64,000 bases of DNA from Perkinsela sp. CCAP 1560/9 (lineage: Eukaryota > Protista > Euglenozoa: Kinetoplastea), in contig CBFFSA010000002.1 of the NCBI GenBank assembly GCA_965644495.1, positions 62,001 to 126,000 on the forward strand, written 5' to 3'. The notes beneath the pieces were generated by a model. It had not been told where the DNA came from and searched no databases. It saw only the letters and a list, made by a program, of their open reading frames with translations. This document shows positions 37,535 to 47,962 of this stretch, piece after piece (the stretch's first letter is position 1; the number at the start of each line of letters is the position of its first letter). Made by a program: the position numbers and the translations under genes.

Positions 37535-38526
37535 CGTTACCACCCCCTTATTTAGCCCCCACTTTTTGGCCCAAGACCCGTACTTTGTGGTGAAGTAAGG
37601 GGGGTGGTGAAGTAAGGGGGGTGAATAAATGATTTAAAGTTCGATCAATTTATAGTTCTCTCGAAAATCCTCAAGTTATTGAAGTACACTATGCTATCGA
37701 CATTGGGCGTAATTTCCTTTTCTTGAGTGTTGTAATACCTCGTGTTGCACATTCTATATTTTATGTTTCGTTTAGCTTGTCTACAATGTCCCATGGGCTT
37801 TTAACTTCCCCCCCCCATGAAAATTTCTTACATCGTGAAATTTAAATGATGTCGCAGAACATAACCCATTGAACACCAATTTATATTTTAGAACTACAAA
37901 ACAGTGTGGCGCAACTTTATGATCAAACTGACATGATGATGAAACTGACACGGAAGAAAATCGTTCTGAATTAGAAATGGTTCAACATACTAAATCATTC
38001 CGGATAGCTCCGATCGGTCACTGGCAAGCCAGACCCTTCACAGATAGATTTGGAAGTTTCGAGGCCGAAGTCCTCTACCTGTTTTCGTTAGTACAAGGCG
38101 GCAACAACGTGCTGCTACCAACCCGTTGCGTCGACGAATCGTACGGTAAACTCAAGACAATCTTCAAAAGTTATCATTCCTGCAGCTACGTAGCATTCCT
38201 GTAACCGTTATCATTTCCCCCCGGAACGTTAAACCGGACTGTTGTTTAAAATCCTGGTATGACGGCGTCGTCTTCACCGACGTGTGCACCAATAACCTTT
38301 GTTCATCGGTGTTTGTGCGCCATCTGTGTCCCTCCTTGAAGGCCACTGGGCGTGGCTCTGCCTCGCCTTACCCCGATGCAACGGTCGGTTGCAGTGCACC
38401 CCTCCGGCTGTGTAAAGAGGTGGTAAGTTGTCTGAGACAAATCCGACACCCCCCTTACTTCACCACACGTCCAGCGACTAAATGTGGTGAAGTAAGGGGG
38501 GAGGCGAAGTAAGGGGGGGGTAACGG
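37535..38526. mobile_element. About 1-kb non-autonomous TIR element with repeated subterminal motifs (pogo/Tc1-like)
   Basis: Left end TA-CGTTACCACCCCCTTATTTAGCCCCC versus right end GGGGGAGGCGAAGTAAGGGGGGGGTAACGG-TA. The motif GTGGTGAAGTAAGGGGGG occurs twice near 37587-37620, inverted at about 38448-38465, and again near 38484. Confidence 0.75.
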
Positions 38527-38921
38527 TATGTTTTTTTATGACACTTTGTTTTCAACACGAAAAGGTTTAACGGCAAACTGGAAGAGCATGGTTCCTTTTT
38601 TCGGAGCAAAGAAGGTTACCTTTCGTCTCCTTTTTATCAACCATTTTAACCATCACTGCCTCGACAGTGCACAACTAGATTGCTGTGACCCCTTTAAAGT
38701 ATGCCCCCGTAACGGGAACGGGAGTAGACAAAAAATTGTGTTGTCTACACCAAAGGAGAGTCTGAAAGAGAATAGGAAACAATAAAAACAATTTGGTACC
38801 GCTTCGCGGCGCCTACATTTTTCGAGGCAGAAGGATCCATAGAGGAGTCCCTCTTCACGATATTTTTTATCTCTATTAAAGGGGGGTCTGAGGGGGGGTA
38901 TATAGTAAAGGGGTAATTTAA

Positions 38922-39836
38922 TTATAAGGGGGTGTATATTAAAGGAGTTATGTCACAGTGTTTCTTCCAAGCGGGAGTGTTACAAAGTAGAACACATTTC
39001 GGAAGTTTTTGAGGCGTGAACGATTCGATACGATTCTCACTTAGACATAGCTCACTCATGCCGCGAGGTAAACGAGAAACATCCACATGACCACTGAATA
39101 GATTTCGATTCAGCTGTATGCATTTAATTTCTGGTGGAAGACTGTCGAAGCGTGGTGTTCCGGTAAATGCGTTATTTCGTGCTTTAAATACAAGTAACGT
39201 AGCGGGTAGGTCTTCTAGTACCAGCATTCCGTCGAAAGCATTGTTTGACACGTTGAGCCGACGCAAGCCAAAATGTAATTCAGCACAATTCACATGCCCT
39301 TTCAATCGATTGTTACTTATGTCAACGTATTGAAGATTATGAGGAAGTGTACTCCAGTTTATGGCTCCTTCGAAATCATTGTTATTTATACAGAGTCGTT
39401 GCAAAGTTCTTGGAAGGTCTTCCGTTGAAATAGTGCCTGAAAAATCGTTTTCACCTAGATGAAACCGCTGAAACCCATGTGGAAGGGCACCAAAATTGAC
39501 CACGCCTGTACATTCGTTTTTGACCCCTAACGCAGGGTCAAGAAGAAACCAAATTACTGTTGAAGGAAGATGGATCCAGTTGAGTGTACCTTTAAGATAT
39601 AACCCTCGCCAGTCGATTTTGCGTGCCACCTGAGATGCGTCACATTGCACCCCGCCCCATTCGCATCCCGCATTGCTCACGTTCCAGGAACGCGGTTTCA
39701 TTCTAGTGATGCCAGAAACAAACGCATCAAGTTGTAACTCTAAAGGCAGTAGAGAACGGTGAGCTTTCCGTGGACGACAGCGAGGTTGTGGTTGATCATC
39801 CGCTGTGAACAGGATGTACAGTGAGGTGAGCTTCAT
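38922..39836 (-). CDS. Small LRR protein, family member 5
   Basis: YILFTADD...RPRKAHRSLLPLEL, GCEWGGVQC, LP..L repeats. Confidence 0.9.
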   Translation of the reverse strand: MKLTSLYILFTADDQPQPRCRPRKAHRSLLPLELQLDAFVSGITRMKPRSWNVSNAGCEWGGVQCDASQVARKIDWRGLYLKGTLNWIHLPSTVIWFLLDPALGVKNECTGVVNFGALPHGFQRFHLGENDFSGTISTEDLPRTLQRLCINNNDFEGAINWSTLPHNLQYVDISNNRLKGHVNCAELHFGLRRLNVSNNAFDGMLVLEDLPATLLVFKARNNAFTGTPRFDSLPPEIKCIQLNRNLFSGHVDVSRLPRGMSELCLSENRIESFTPQKLPKCVLLCNTPAWKKHCDITPLIYTPL

Positions 39837-40109
39837 GAAAAAGTGCAGGCAAATACTGCAAGAGATATAAAATGTATTAACTAAACTGAAATTTAGAAAG
39901 CTTTCTTAGAAAACGATAAGTTAGATACTAAAGTGCAATCAATAACTTTCCAGGTGAAAATCACTCGGTATATTACCGGTACGTGAGAACACGATGTATG
40001 AGAATAAATGAAATAAAATCCATTTCAAGGATTTACTTTCGTTAAAATCCCGTGAGTGATATTTTCAGTGTGTGTCCCACAAAGTCATAGCGTTTTCGAA
40101 ATTCTTTAA

Positions 40110-40952
40110 TCACAGTTGAACGTTCAGTGGTGTCTCACATTTTACAAAAGAATTGTTATAAAACTTGTAGAGTTGAAGAAATGAAGGTAAGCGAGAAAAA
40201 TCCAACTTTCCCTCTAACCGGTTGTTGTGCACGAAAAGTTCGCGCAATGAGTTAGGGAGCTGGGTGATATCCAGATGACCAACAAAACTGTTGAATTGTA
40301 AGTGAAGAATACCCAAACGGGGAGGCAAGGAGCCCAGCATGAGTTCACCTGCGAAATGATTGTTTGTGGCTTGTAGTAGCTTTAGCCCTGGAGGGAGAGA
40401 GGAAAGGCAAAGAGGCCCGTGGAAGGCATTGTGAGATAGCCGTAGACGTCTCAGAGAAAGGGGCAGACGTGAGGTGTCCAGGTTGTGGGAGAACTGGTTA
40501 AATGATACACTGAGATGAAGAAGTGCGGGAGGAAGCTCTGCCAACGACAAGTGACCAAAAAACAAGTTGGAATCAATGCGAAGCATTTGAAGGTCAACGG
40601 GCAGAAGGCTTGTTTCTACAGAACCGGTGAGTTCATTTCCAAAATTGTAAATGCCGAGCTGCAGCACGGTAAGGGTGGGGGGAAGATTTTTCCACGACAA
40701 TGTGCCTTTCAATTTCATTCCTTCCCAGGAAATGCGGATTACTTGTTTTTCTTCGTCACAAGTTAATCCACCCCATTCACAAACTTCCTCTTCGAGGTCC
40801 CACTCTGGGGGTTTGCCAGTCACGTTAGAGAGCAATTTCTGCAATAGGAATAAAGGTGGAAGCACCAATCCACTAACTTTTTTTCCGCGCGTTTTGATGT
40901 TCTTTGCTGGTTGACTGTCCCATGTGTTCACAAATAAGAATGTTCGAAGCAT
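40110..40952 (-). CDS. Small LRR protein, family member 6
   Basis: FLFVNTWDS...RGKKVSGLVLPP, VCEWGGLTC, LP..L repeats. Confidence 0.9.
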   Translation of the reverse strand: MLRTFLFVNTWDSQPAKNIKTRGKKVSGLVLPPLFLLQKLLSNVTGKPPEWDLEEEVCEWGGLTCDEEKQVIRISWEGMKLKGTLSWKNLPPTLTVLQLGIYNFGNELTGSVETSLLPVDLQMLRIDSNLFFGHLSLAELPPALLHLSVSFNQFSHNLDTSRLPLSLRRLRLSHNAFHGPLCLSSLPPGLKLLQATNNHFAGELMLGSLPPRLGILHLQFNSFVGHLDITQLPNSLRELFVHNNRLEGKLDFSRLPSFLQLYKFYNNSFVKCETPLNVQL

Positions 40953-41174
40953 GTTGAAAAGGTTAAGAACAGAACAGAAAACTGACGGAAAATAAGCTTT
41001 TGGTTAAAAAAGACAACTACTTGCTGAAAAACCTAAAAAAATTATTCGTACGTTTTTTCCCGACTTGTAATTGCAGTAAGGTCCATTTTTTTCAAGGGGT
41101 TGCAACAGAACTTTCAAAGTAAAAGAAATAAAAGAAGTTAAGGGGATTCCTGAAAATGTGTATGCATGACAAAA

Positions 41175-43835
41175 TTAAGCTAGAAGCTTATTCGCCTGTG
41201 TATCCAGACGAGCGGTTCCCTTTATTTTATTGTTAGCAATCCGAGATCCGAATTGAATAGCCCTTTTCAGTCGACCTGAGGCACCGTCCAGTCCAAGATC
41301 TTTTGCTATTCCACGTAAAAGCTTCTTATCTCCCTGCCCTGGAGGAAGGTCGAAATCACATAAGTCTGCAAAGGAAGTAGCGTGCGTGAAGAGGCATTGT
41401 AGCACATTTTCGTCCAAGTAAGGAGTGCGCAATTCACGACTCCAATCGGATGTAATTCGATCATCTCTACCTAAATTACGTTTCCACAACCGTGCACAAT
41501 CTTTGTTAAGTTCGGCGCGAACTCCCGCGTACCCATTCCGATGAAAAGCTGTGCGATATCTCGCATATCCCCCAAGAGTTTCGTCCGCTCCACTTCCACA
41601 TAATAGCACACGACAAGTGGAAGTGTAATGTTCGGAGTTCGACGATTTTCGGATAACTGTATCAGAAAGGAAAGGCATACGGGCATCACACTTTGATGAT
41701 GAAAAATCCTCTTTAGAGGATGACACTTCGTGATCCTTTTTAAGTCTTCCACCAGCAGCTATAAAAGGCCCAAATTGATCGTAACCAAGATGACATATCC
41801 CTTCCTTTTGTGCATCTTGTAAGTACCGCGAAAGTTTAGCGTAACCGTATTGGCGATAGGGAATCGAATAATGTTTTCCAAGTTCACTAAGGCGAAATTT
41901 TCCACTGGCTTCATCTTGTCCCAGTCCACGATTGTTTGAATGATTCAGAATCGCACATAAGCATTCAAACTTTAAAGAATTCTCTGAATCACACAGCAGT
42001 TTATGGCAATTAGTCCCGGAAACAGTGCCACAAAATAAACTGTTTGTGGAGGTAGTATTTGATTTATTGTCTTCAAGTTGGTCTATCGACTTAACTTGAA
42101 TGCCTTTACCACGAGCCGCAAACCAAATTGCTGTAGCAATATTTAGATCCATTACCGTGCTTGAAGGCTTAATTAAACTGAGAATTTGTGATTGATTATC
42201 ACTAACCTCGGAAGAAGGAATATCGATACAAATTAAAGTGAATTCATCTGGAGAGAATCTTTGGCAGAGCTCCTTGTAGCCGTCACGAGCGCTGATACGG
42301 TCAGGAGTGTATTCAGGAAAATCTGTAAAGGCCACGTTGAGAAGTTCAATAGGCAAAACAGAGGTAGAAGAATCAAGTTTTACGTCCTTTGCGTTTTCCT
42401 CTCTTAGCACCAGTGCGGTCAGCGCGGCAAGAACCATGCAGTCAAGTCCTCCGGAGAAAAGAATGCCGATCGGCTGAGGAGCCCCTTGAATGCGGCAACG
42501 TACCGCACGTTGAAGAGAAAGAAAGTAATACTCTTTTAGAGACCCCGATACGACGTCGTGCAAAGGCGAAGATGTATTCATACTTTTATCATAATTATTG
42601 ATGACGGGTTCGCATAGTTTTGCGTCTTCCCATGCAGTATCACTAAGAGGATGTGTTCTGAGAGGAGGCTGAGCCCATGGAACACAATATTCCTTGATTT
42701 CGGACTCAACTCCATTCATGTTAAAGATGACCCAATTGGTTGAATCAATGTTTTCGGTATCTACTTGTTGATCAGGCGACGAGTTAGAAGCCAAAGACTC
42801 ACTTAAGCTTGTTGAATTTCGCCTGGCGACTGTCTTCGCATTTTCCGATGTCAGATCATTGTAGGATATAACACAATCTTTCTGTACGGAAACAAGACTA
42901 CGGACTTTTCCATTTTCAAGGATACAGGAAGAACAAATCAAGGCTTCGTCACGGGGCATGTTTTTCTGTGAACCTGTGTGGGGAAGAATGTGGTAATACA
43001 TCCCATTGACAGAAACTTCAGTGACCTCAACACCATCAAAAGTACTGGACTCCAAAGAAGGAAATGGTGGAACAATAGATGAAATTGATAGAAGGTAGCG
43101 TAGCTTTTTTGTACCGAAAGCGCCTTGTCTTTCAACTACGACTGTCCTTCGTAGTAAACTTCGACGCCCCATTGGATCTCTTCCATAGCAAAGCATGCGG
43201 TAACGAGGAAAAAAGACCACGAAGGCGTATGGACCTTGAATGCACTCTAAGAACTCGACGAAATCCTTTGCTAAAGCATGAGGAGCACATATTTCACATA
43301 AACAGTGGGATTGACCACGAATCTTTTGCTGACTATGACATCCAGTATCCACAAAACAACTTTTAGAAGAAGAATTTTCAAAATTTAGAAATTGATCATG
43401 CTGCTTTTGAACATCAGAATAATGATTTAATACTATTTTCTCTAGATGTTTTTCGACCCAGCGCGTATCAGACTCGTCAAGAGAGGGAGAAGAAAGATTT
43501 CTTGAATTATGGAGAGTCTTATCAAGCCCAAACATCTCACCATTCCATGATAGAACGAAATCAGCGTTATGTATAGGTTGGGGTACTACAGGAGTGTTTC
43601 TCATTGACAGCACGGAACAAATAAGAAGACCTTGTCGTTCTGATAGCAAGTTTGCTTCTTCCTCAGAAGAAAGCTGAATGCTTTGAATGTGATCGGGACC
43701 TCTACTACGAAGTCCTCGAATGATAATGTCGGGCACAGTTTGCTGTTTCGAAGGAAGGAATTTCGAAGAAACGTTCAGGAAAACTTTTTCACAATCTTGG
43801 CAGAGAAACCCCAAGAAACAAGAAATTCCACACAT
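41175..43835 (-). CDS. ASNSD1: Asparagine synthetase domain-containing protein 1 with an OST-HTH-like insert
   Basis: MCGI, RGPD, SVLSMR, WNGE, GRDPMGRRSLL, LFSGGLDC, PDR, MDLNIATAIWFAARG, GSGADETLGGY, RNLGRDDR, KRAIQFGSR. Confidence 0.9.
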   Translation of the reverse strand: MCGISCFLGFLCQDCEKVFLNVSSKFLPSKQQTVPDIIIRGLRSRGPDHIQSIQLSSEEEANLLSERQGLLICSVLSMRNTPVVPQPIHNADFVLSWNGEMFGLDKTLHNSRNLSSPSLDESDTRWVEKHLEKIVLNHYSDVQKQHDQFLNFENSSSKSCFVDTGCHSQQKIRGQSHCLCEICAPHALAKDFVEFLECIQGPYAFVVFFPRYRMLCYGRDPMGRRSLLRRTVVVERQGAFGTKKLRYLLSISSIVPPFPSLESSTFDGVEVTEVSVNGMYYHILPHTGSQKNMPRDEALICSSCILENGKVRSLVSVQKDCVISYNDLTSENAKTVARRNSTSLSESLASNSSPDQQVDTENIDSTNWVIFNMNGVESEIKEYCVPWAQPPLRTHPLSDTAWEDAKLCEPVINNYDKSMNTSSPLHDVVSGSLKEYYFLSLQRAVRCRIQGAPQPIGILFSGGLDCMVLAALTALVLREENAKDVKLDSSTSVLPIELLNVAFTDFPEYTPDRISARDGYKELCQRFSPDEFTLICIDIPSSEVSDNQSQILSLIKPSSTVMDLNIATAIWFAARGKGIQVKSIDQLEDNKSNTTSTNSLFCGTVSGTNCHKLLCDSENSLKFECLCAILNHSNNRGLGQDEASGKFRLSELGKHYSIPYRQYGYAKLSRYLQDAQKEGICHLGYDQFGPFIAAGGRLKKDHEVSSSKEDFSSSKCDARMPFLSDTVIRKSSNSEHYTSTCRVLLCGSGADETLGGYARYRTAFHRNGYAGVRAELNKDCARLWKRNLGRDDRITSDWSRELRTPYLDENVLQCLFTHATSFADLCDFDLPPGQGDKKLLRGIAKDLGLDGASGRLKRAIQFGSRIANNKIKGTARLDTQANKLLA

Positions 43836-44214
43836 ACTAGAATATCAATGTATGTGGACTTTCAACACACAATGCACTAAGGAAGGCGCCAACAAAAAAA
43901 GTTGTAGTACCCGTTTCGTACCTCGCTAACTCCTGTATACGGATATGCATTGATCTCCCGTACAAGCCCAAGAGAATTAGTTCGCATGTGTCCAGGTAGA
44001 GTAGGGTATAATATTAAACTGCATCACAAAAGAAGGATGTTTAATGTGTTCGAAGAGGGGGGTACGTAGAGTGTTGAAACATACATGCACACACAGTGTA
44101 CGAGAAAAAGCAAACAAGGTACAGTTACGTACTACGTAACTACATCAGACTAGGTATGATGTATCTATGCTACATGACCATTGGACTTCATTTGACATGA
44201 TGTTTGCAGAGTAA

Positions 44215-45027
44215 TCACCGAAACCAACAGGAGAGAGATACACTGTGTGTAGGGTTGTCTTGAGGGGCCTTAAATTCATGCCACCAACCTGGAGGGACGT
44301 AAAGTATGTCTCCAGTATGTAGTAATGAGCTATGGATCGGGAAGTCAGAATAAGACTGAACATCAAACTCAGCAAAATTAGCAGGTCTCTCTTTATTGGG
44401 GTTCGACTTACTCATAACTACATTTCCTGAAGCAGAAACACCTTTGTCTCGCTTTGCTAACTCTTCGAAAAGAGACAAATCACTTGCATTCGACATCCCG
44501 AATCGATCTATTGGTTCCATTTCCGGGCTGTATTTCGGCGAAACCAACGCAAACGCCTTTTCTCCACGAACTTGGAGGAACAGATTGTGCATGTGATCTC
44601 CATCACGGTGGGTAGCCGTGTGCACTCCCACCCCTGACCACAAATTCACTCGCAATGAGTCGAAAGGAATATTTAATCCAACTCTGTGCAGTGGAATATG
44701 CGGATGAAGACTCCGCGGCAAAGGGGTACTTAAGTAATACCAGAATCCATCGAGTTGCGGACCCGAGCAGTGTGTAGTCCCGGGAAGCAATCCAAGTTCA
44801 AGAGCATCGCGGAAACTCACACGAAGCCGTTCCTCGGTGAAGTGTCCAAAGAGGGAACTAGGACTGCGATGCGCAAAGAGGTAGGGTAAGTTATGAAGCG
44901 CGGAAAGCAAAGGGGAACGCGCGGGCTGACTCCACCATCGAGTGGCGCAGGACCATTGAGTACAAGCACGGCGTAACACAAAAGGTGTACGAGACATAGT
45001 TATGTGTTGCAGAAGGCGACGACGCAT
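44215..45027 (-). CDS. JmjC/cupin-8 2-oxoglutarate/Fe(II) oxygenase
   Basis: VNLWSG, HRD...HNLFLQVRGEK, GDILYVPPGWWHE; the HxD...H triad is intact. Confidence 0.85.
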   Translation of the reverse strand: MRRRLLQHITMSRTPFVLRRACTQWSCATRWWSQPARSPLLSALHNLPYLFAHRSPSSLFGHFTEERLRVSFRDALELGLLPGTTHCSGPQLDGFWYYLSTPLPRSLHPHIPLHRVGLNIPFDSLRVNLWSGVGVHTATHRDGDHMHNLFLQVRGEKAFALVSPKYSPEMEPIDRFGMSNASDLSLFEELAKRDKGVSASGNVVMSKSNPNKERPANFAEFDVQSYSDFPIHSSLLHTGDILYVPPGWWHEFKAPQDNPTHSVSLSCWFR

Positions 45028-45379
45028 GTCAAAAATACTATCAGTGGTCGGACCATGAGACCTGTATCAGGTCTGTACCGTTAGTCAGGAGACCGATGCA
45101 GGGGAACGAAGTGACACTTTGCAAAGTGTAGGAAGCAAAGGCAGTCATTGTGAAAATTTAACTTTAAAAAATACAAGAGTACTGTATGATAGGTTTGCAG
45201 AGAGAAGCCAGTAAGAAATAAGGAAAATGCAATCAAAATACGTAACGAGATAAAAAATCGTGTACAATAGAATGCAACATGAAACTTAGAAAATAAGTAA
45301 CCTTAACGACGTTCAGCGTCATAAATACCCTCGTGCAACTAATGATAAAGGTTAAGCCCAGTCCGCTCTATGTCGCAAG

Positions 45380-46650
45380 AAACCAACACTGGAATTTACT
45401 TCATAAGCTCCAGACGCATCATACACACTAGAACCACAACCAACGTAACGACCCCGAAAAATCACCGAACTACCTGTTACCACAAGAAACAACTGTTTTT
45501 CTCTTCGCTCAACACATGCAACCCGCCCAGACTCACATCGCGCAAGACTTTACTACCCTCTTCCCACCTCCACAGCAATCCAAAACTCCTTAGAGCTCTA
45601 CAGCTCCACAAACTCACGACCCACGGGGGCGGGCCTGGACCCTCCATAGTACGCCACCAGCGCCTTTGCCTTTTCCACCACCGACTCCACAGTGAACCCC
45701 AACGTCGCGAGACACTTCTCCCCCGGGGCACTCTCCCCCCAGCGATCCAACCCCACCACCGCGTGGGCATAACACCCCCAAGGCTGGCTACTCCACGCCT
45801 CCACGGCTAACACCGGCACCCCCTCCGGGAGTACCCCCTTACGGTACTCCCGAGACTGTGCCGCGAATAACCCCATACAGGGCATCGACACCACCCGCAC
45901 GTGAAGGCCCGGGGTCGCTGCCATTAACCCCTCACTCGCCTTCACGCAGAGGTGAAGTTCCGACCCTGTGGAGAGTAACACAATACGGTTGTTGTGGTTA
46001 CTGTTGTTATTCTCCATCTTCTCTGCGGTCTCCATGGCCGTGTTAAACCCCGACCCCTGGGCCACGACATACCCCCCGCGGGCTACCCCCGCGGCGTGGG
46101 TCCCCGGGAGGGGGGGGAGGGCCTGGCGGGTGAGACACAGCACACTGGGCGTCGTGCGTGCCTTCAGCGCGAGCGCCCAGCACGCGGAGGTCTCGGTTTG
46201 GTCCGCGGGGCGAAAGAGGTGGAGGTTGGGCATCGCGCGCAGCACGGTGGGGAGCTCCACGGGCTGGTGCGTGGGGCCGTCCTCCCCGAGCGCGATGCTG
46301 TCATGGGTGGCGACGTAGATCACGCCAAGGGCGGCGAGCGCGGAGAGACGGACGGCCCCGAGGGCGTAGCCGATAAAATTGAGAAAGGTGCCGCAGTAGG
46401 GGATGAGACCTCCGTGGGCGGCGATGCCGTTGCAGATGGCCGCCATGGCGTGCTCACGGACGCCGTAGTAGAGGTAGCGCCCGTGCTCGGAGGATTTTTG
46501 GAACCCGGTCTGGGAGGCGACTTGGGTGAGGTTGGACCCGGTGAGGTCAGCACTGCCCCCGAGGAGGTTCTGGATTCGGGGAACGAGAGAGGAGAGACAG
46601 AGCTCGCTGGCTTTACGGGTCGCGACGGGGGAGGCGTTGACGGGGAGCGC
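45380..46650. other. Skew-switch island 6 (switch about 46090)
   Basis: C/A-rich 45380-46090, beginning about 200 bp outside the TKT stop. Centre CCCCCCGCGGG...TCCCCGGGAGGGGGGGG; G-rich to about 46650. Confidence 0.8.
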
Positions 46651-47691
46651 CTCCTCCCACCCGGATGGAAATTCCCCTTGCACGAAACTTCGAAAGAGAG
46701 CACCGAGAGAAGGGTCAGCGGCAGAGAAATCCTGCTCTCGTGTTTCCCACTGCGCTCGTTTCTCACACCCACGCGTACCCGCTTGGCGAAACCGCGCTAG
46801 CACGTTCTCCGGCAAGTAAAACGATTTCTCGGGGTCCAGCCCAAAGTTTGCTTTCATTTTCTTGACACCCTCCACCCCGAGAGGCGCACCGTGAACCTTG
46901 GCGGTTCCCTTCATTTCGGACCCGTACCCAATCGTGGTAGACAAGAAAATCATGGTCGGCTTGCCACGAGAGGTGTTCGCGCTGCGCAAGGCCTTGCGAA
47001 TACTGTCTAAGTCAGAGTCCCCATTAGGCACGACAATACAATGAAACCCCAGTGCGGCATATTTCTCCGTCTTCTTCTCCGTGTAGGACAAATCCGTCGA
47101 GCCGTCAATAGAGATCCCATTGTCATCATAGATAATGACCAGCTTTTCCAGACCCAGATGACCCGCAAGGGAGAGCGCTTCCTGGCCAACGCCCTCCATT
47201 AAACAGCCATCCCCGCAGAACACGTACGTGTAGTGATCCACGACCTTAGCACAAAACTTAGCACGAAGGTGGGCCTCCGCGATGCACATCCCGACCGCAT
47301 TCGCAATGCCTTGTCCCAGAGGTCCCGTGGTGACCTCCACCCCATCCGTGACGCCACGCTCGGGATGTCCGGGAGTCTTGGAGTGCAGTTGGCGAAATTG
47401 TTTTAGGTCCTCCATGGAGAGGTTGTACCCTGAGAGATGCAACAAGGAGTAAAGCAACGCGGAGCCGTGACCGTTGGACAGAACAAATCGGTCACGATCA
47501 AACCAATTCGGCTTCAAGGGATCGAATTTTAGAAATTCAGTAAAGAGAATGTACGCTGCTGGAGCCATACCGAGAGGCATCCCTGGGTGACCGGAGTTTG
47601 CGGCTTGGACACAGTCCACAGAGAGAGCCCTAAGATAGTTCACACAGGTCAAATCCTCATTGGACTCTTCACCAGATAGCGGTTGAGACAT
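45598..47691 (-). CDS. TKT: Transketolase
   Basis: ANSGHPG, RDRFVLSNGH, TTGPLGQG, GDGCLMEG, GVREHAM, THDSIALGEDGPTHQP. Start MSQPL (47691). Confidence 0.97.
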   Translation of the reverse strand: MSQPLSGEESNEDLTCVNYLRALSVDCVQAANSGHPGMPLGMAPAAYILFTEFLKFDPLKPNWFDRDRFVLSNGHGSALLYSLLHLSGYNLSMEDLKQFRQLHSKTPGHPERGVTDGVEVTTGPLGQGIANAVGMCIAEAHLRAKFCAKVVDHYTYVFCGDGCLMEGVGQEALSLAGHLGLEKLVIIYDDNGISIDGSTDLSYTEKKTEKYAALGFHCIVVPNGDSDLDSIRKALRSANTSRGKPTMIFLSTTIGYGSEMKGTAKVHGAPLGVEGVKKMKANFGLDPEKSFYLPENVLARFRQAGTRGCEKRAQWETREQDFSAADPSLGALFRSFVQGEFPSGWEEALPVNASPVATRKASELCLSSLVPRIQNLLGGSADLTGSNLTQVASQTGFQKSSEHGRYLYYGVREHAMAAICNGIAAHGGLIPYCGTFLNFIGYALGAVRLSALAALGVIYVATHDSIALGEDGPTHQPVELPTVLRAMPNLHLFRPADQTETSACWALALKARTTPSVLCLTRQALPPLPGTHAAGVARGGYVVAQGSGFNTAMETAEKMENNNSNHNNRIVLLSTGSELHLCVKASEGLMAATPGLHVRVVSMPCMGLFAAQSREYRKGVLPEGVPVLAVEAWSSQPWGCYAHAVVGLDRWGESAPGEKCLATLGFTVESVVEKAKALVAYYGGSRPAPVGREFVEL

Positions 47692-47962
47692 TATGTTTAT
47701 GTGGAAGTTCAAAAGTAAGAAAGATTATATTTTGGCTTTTTAAGAGTTGTTGCTCCTCTTTTTTAAAGACTTGAAGACAAGATTTGAAAAGTTTTTCATA
47801 TGATCTATTTCTTACAAAAAAATAAAACAGTTCAATTAACACCAAGAGGGTTAATGCAATTTTCCAGGCAATTTAAAACTTTTAATGCATACAGACCAAA
47901 ATGGGAAAAGTTATCTATTCTTCTGGTCAAGTGCTCATTTGGTCAAGAAGTACTCATTTTTT

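Noticed and set aside
37977-38512. Transposase remnant inside the 1-kb element
   Set aside because: No HTH or DDE/D motif was recognisable in the frames I translated.
37587-38520. CRISPR-like or telomeric repeats
   Set aside because: There are few copies, in both orientations, with no regular spacers, in a eukaryotic context. Transposon subterminal motifs explain them better.
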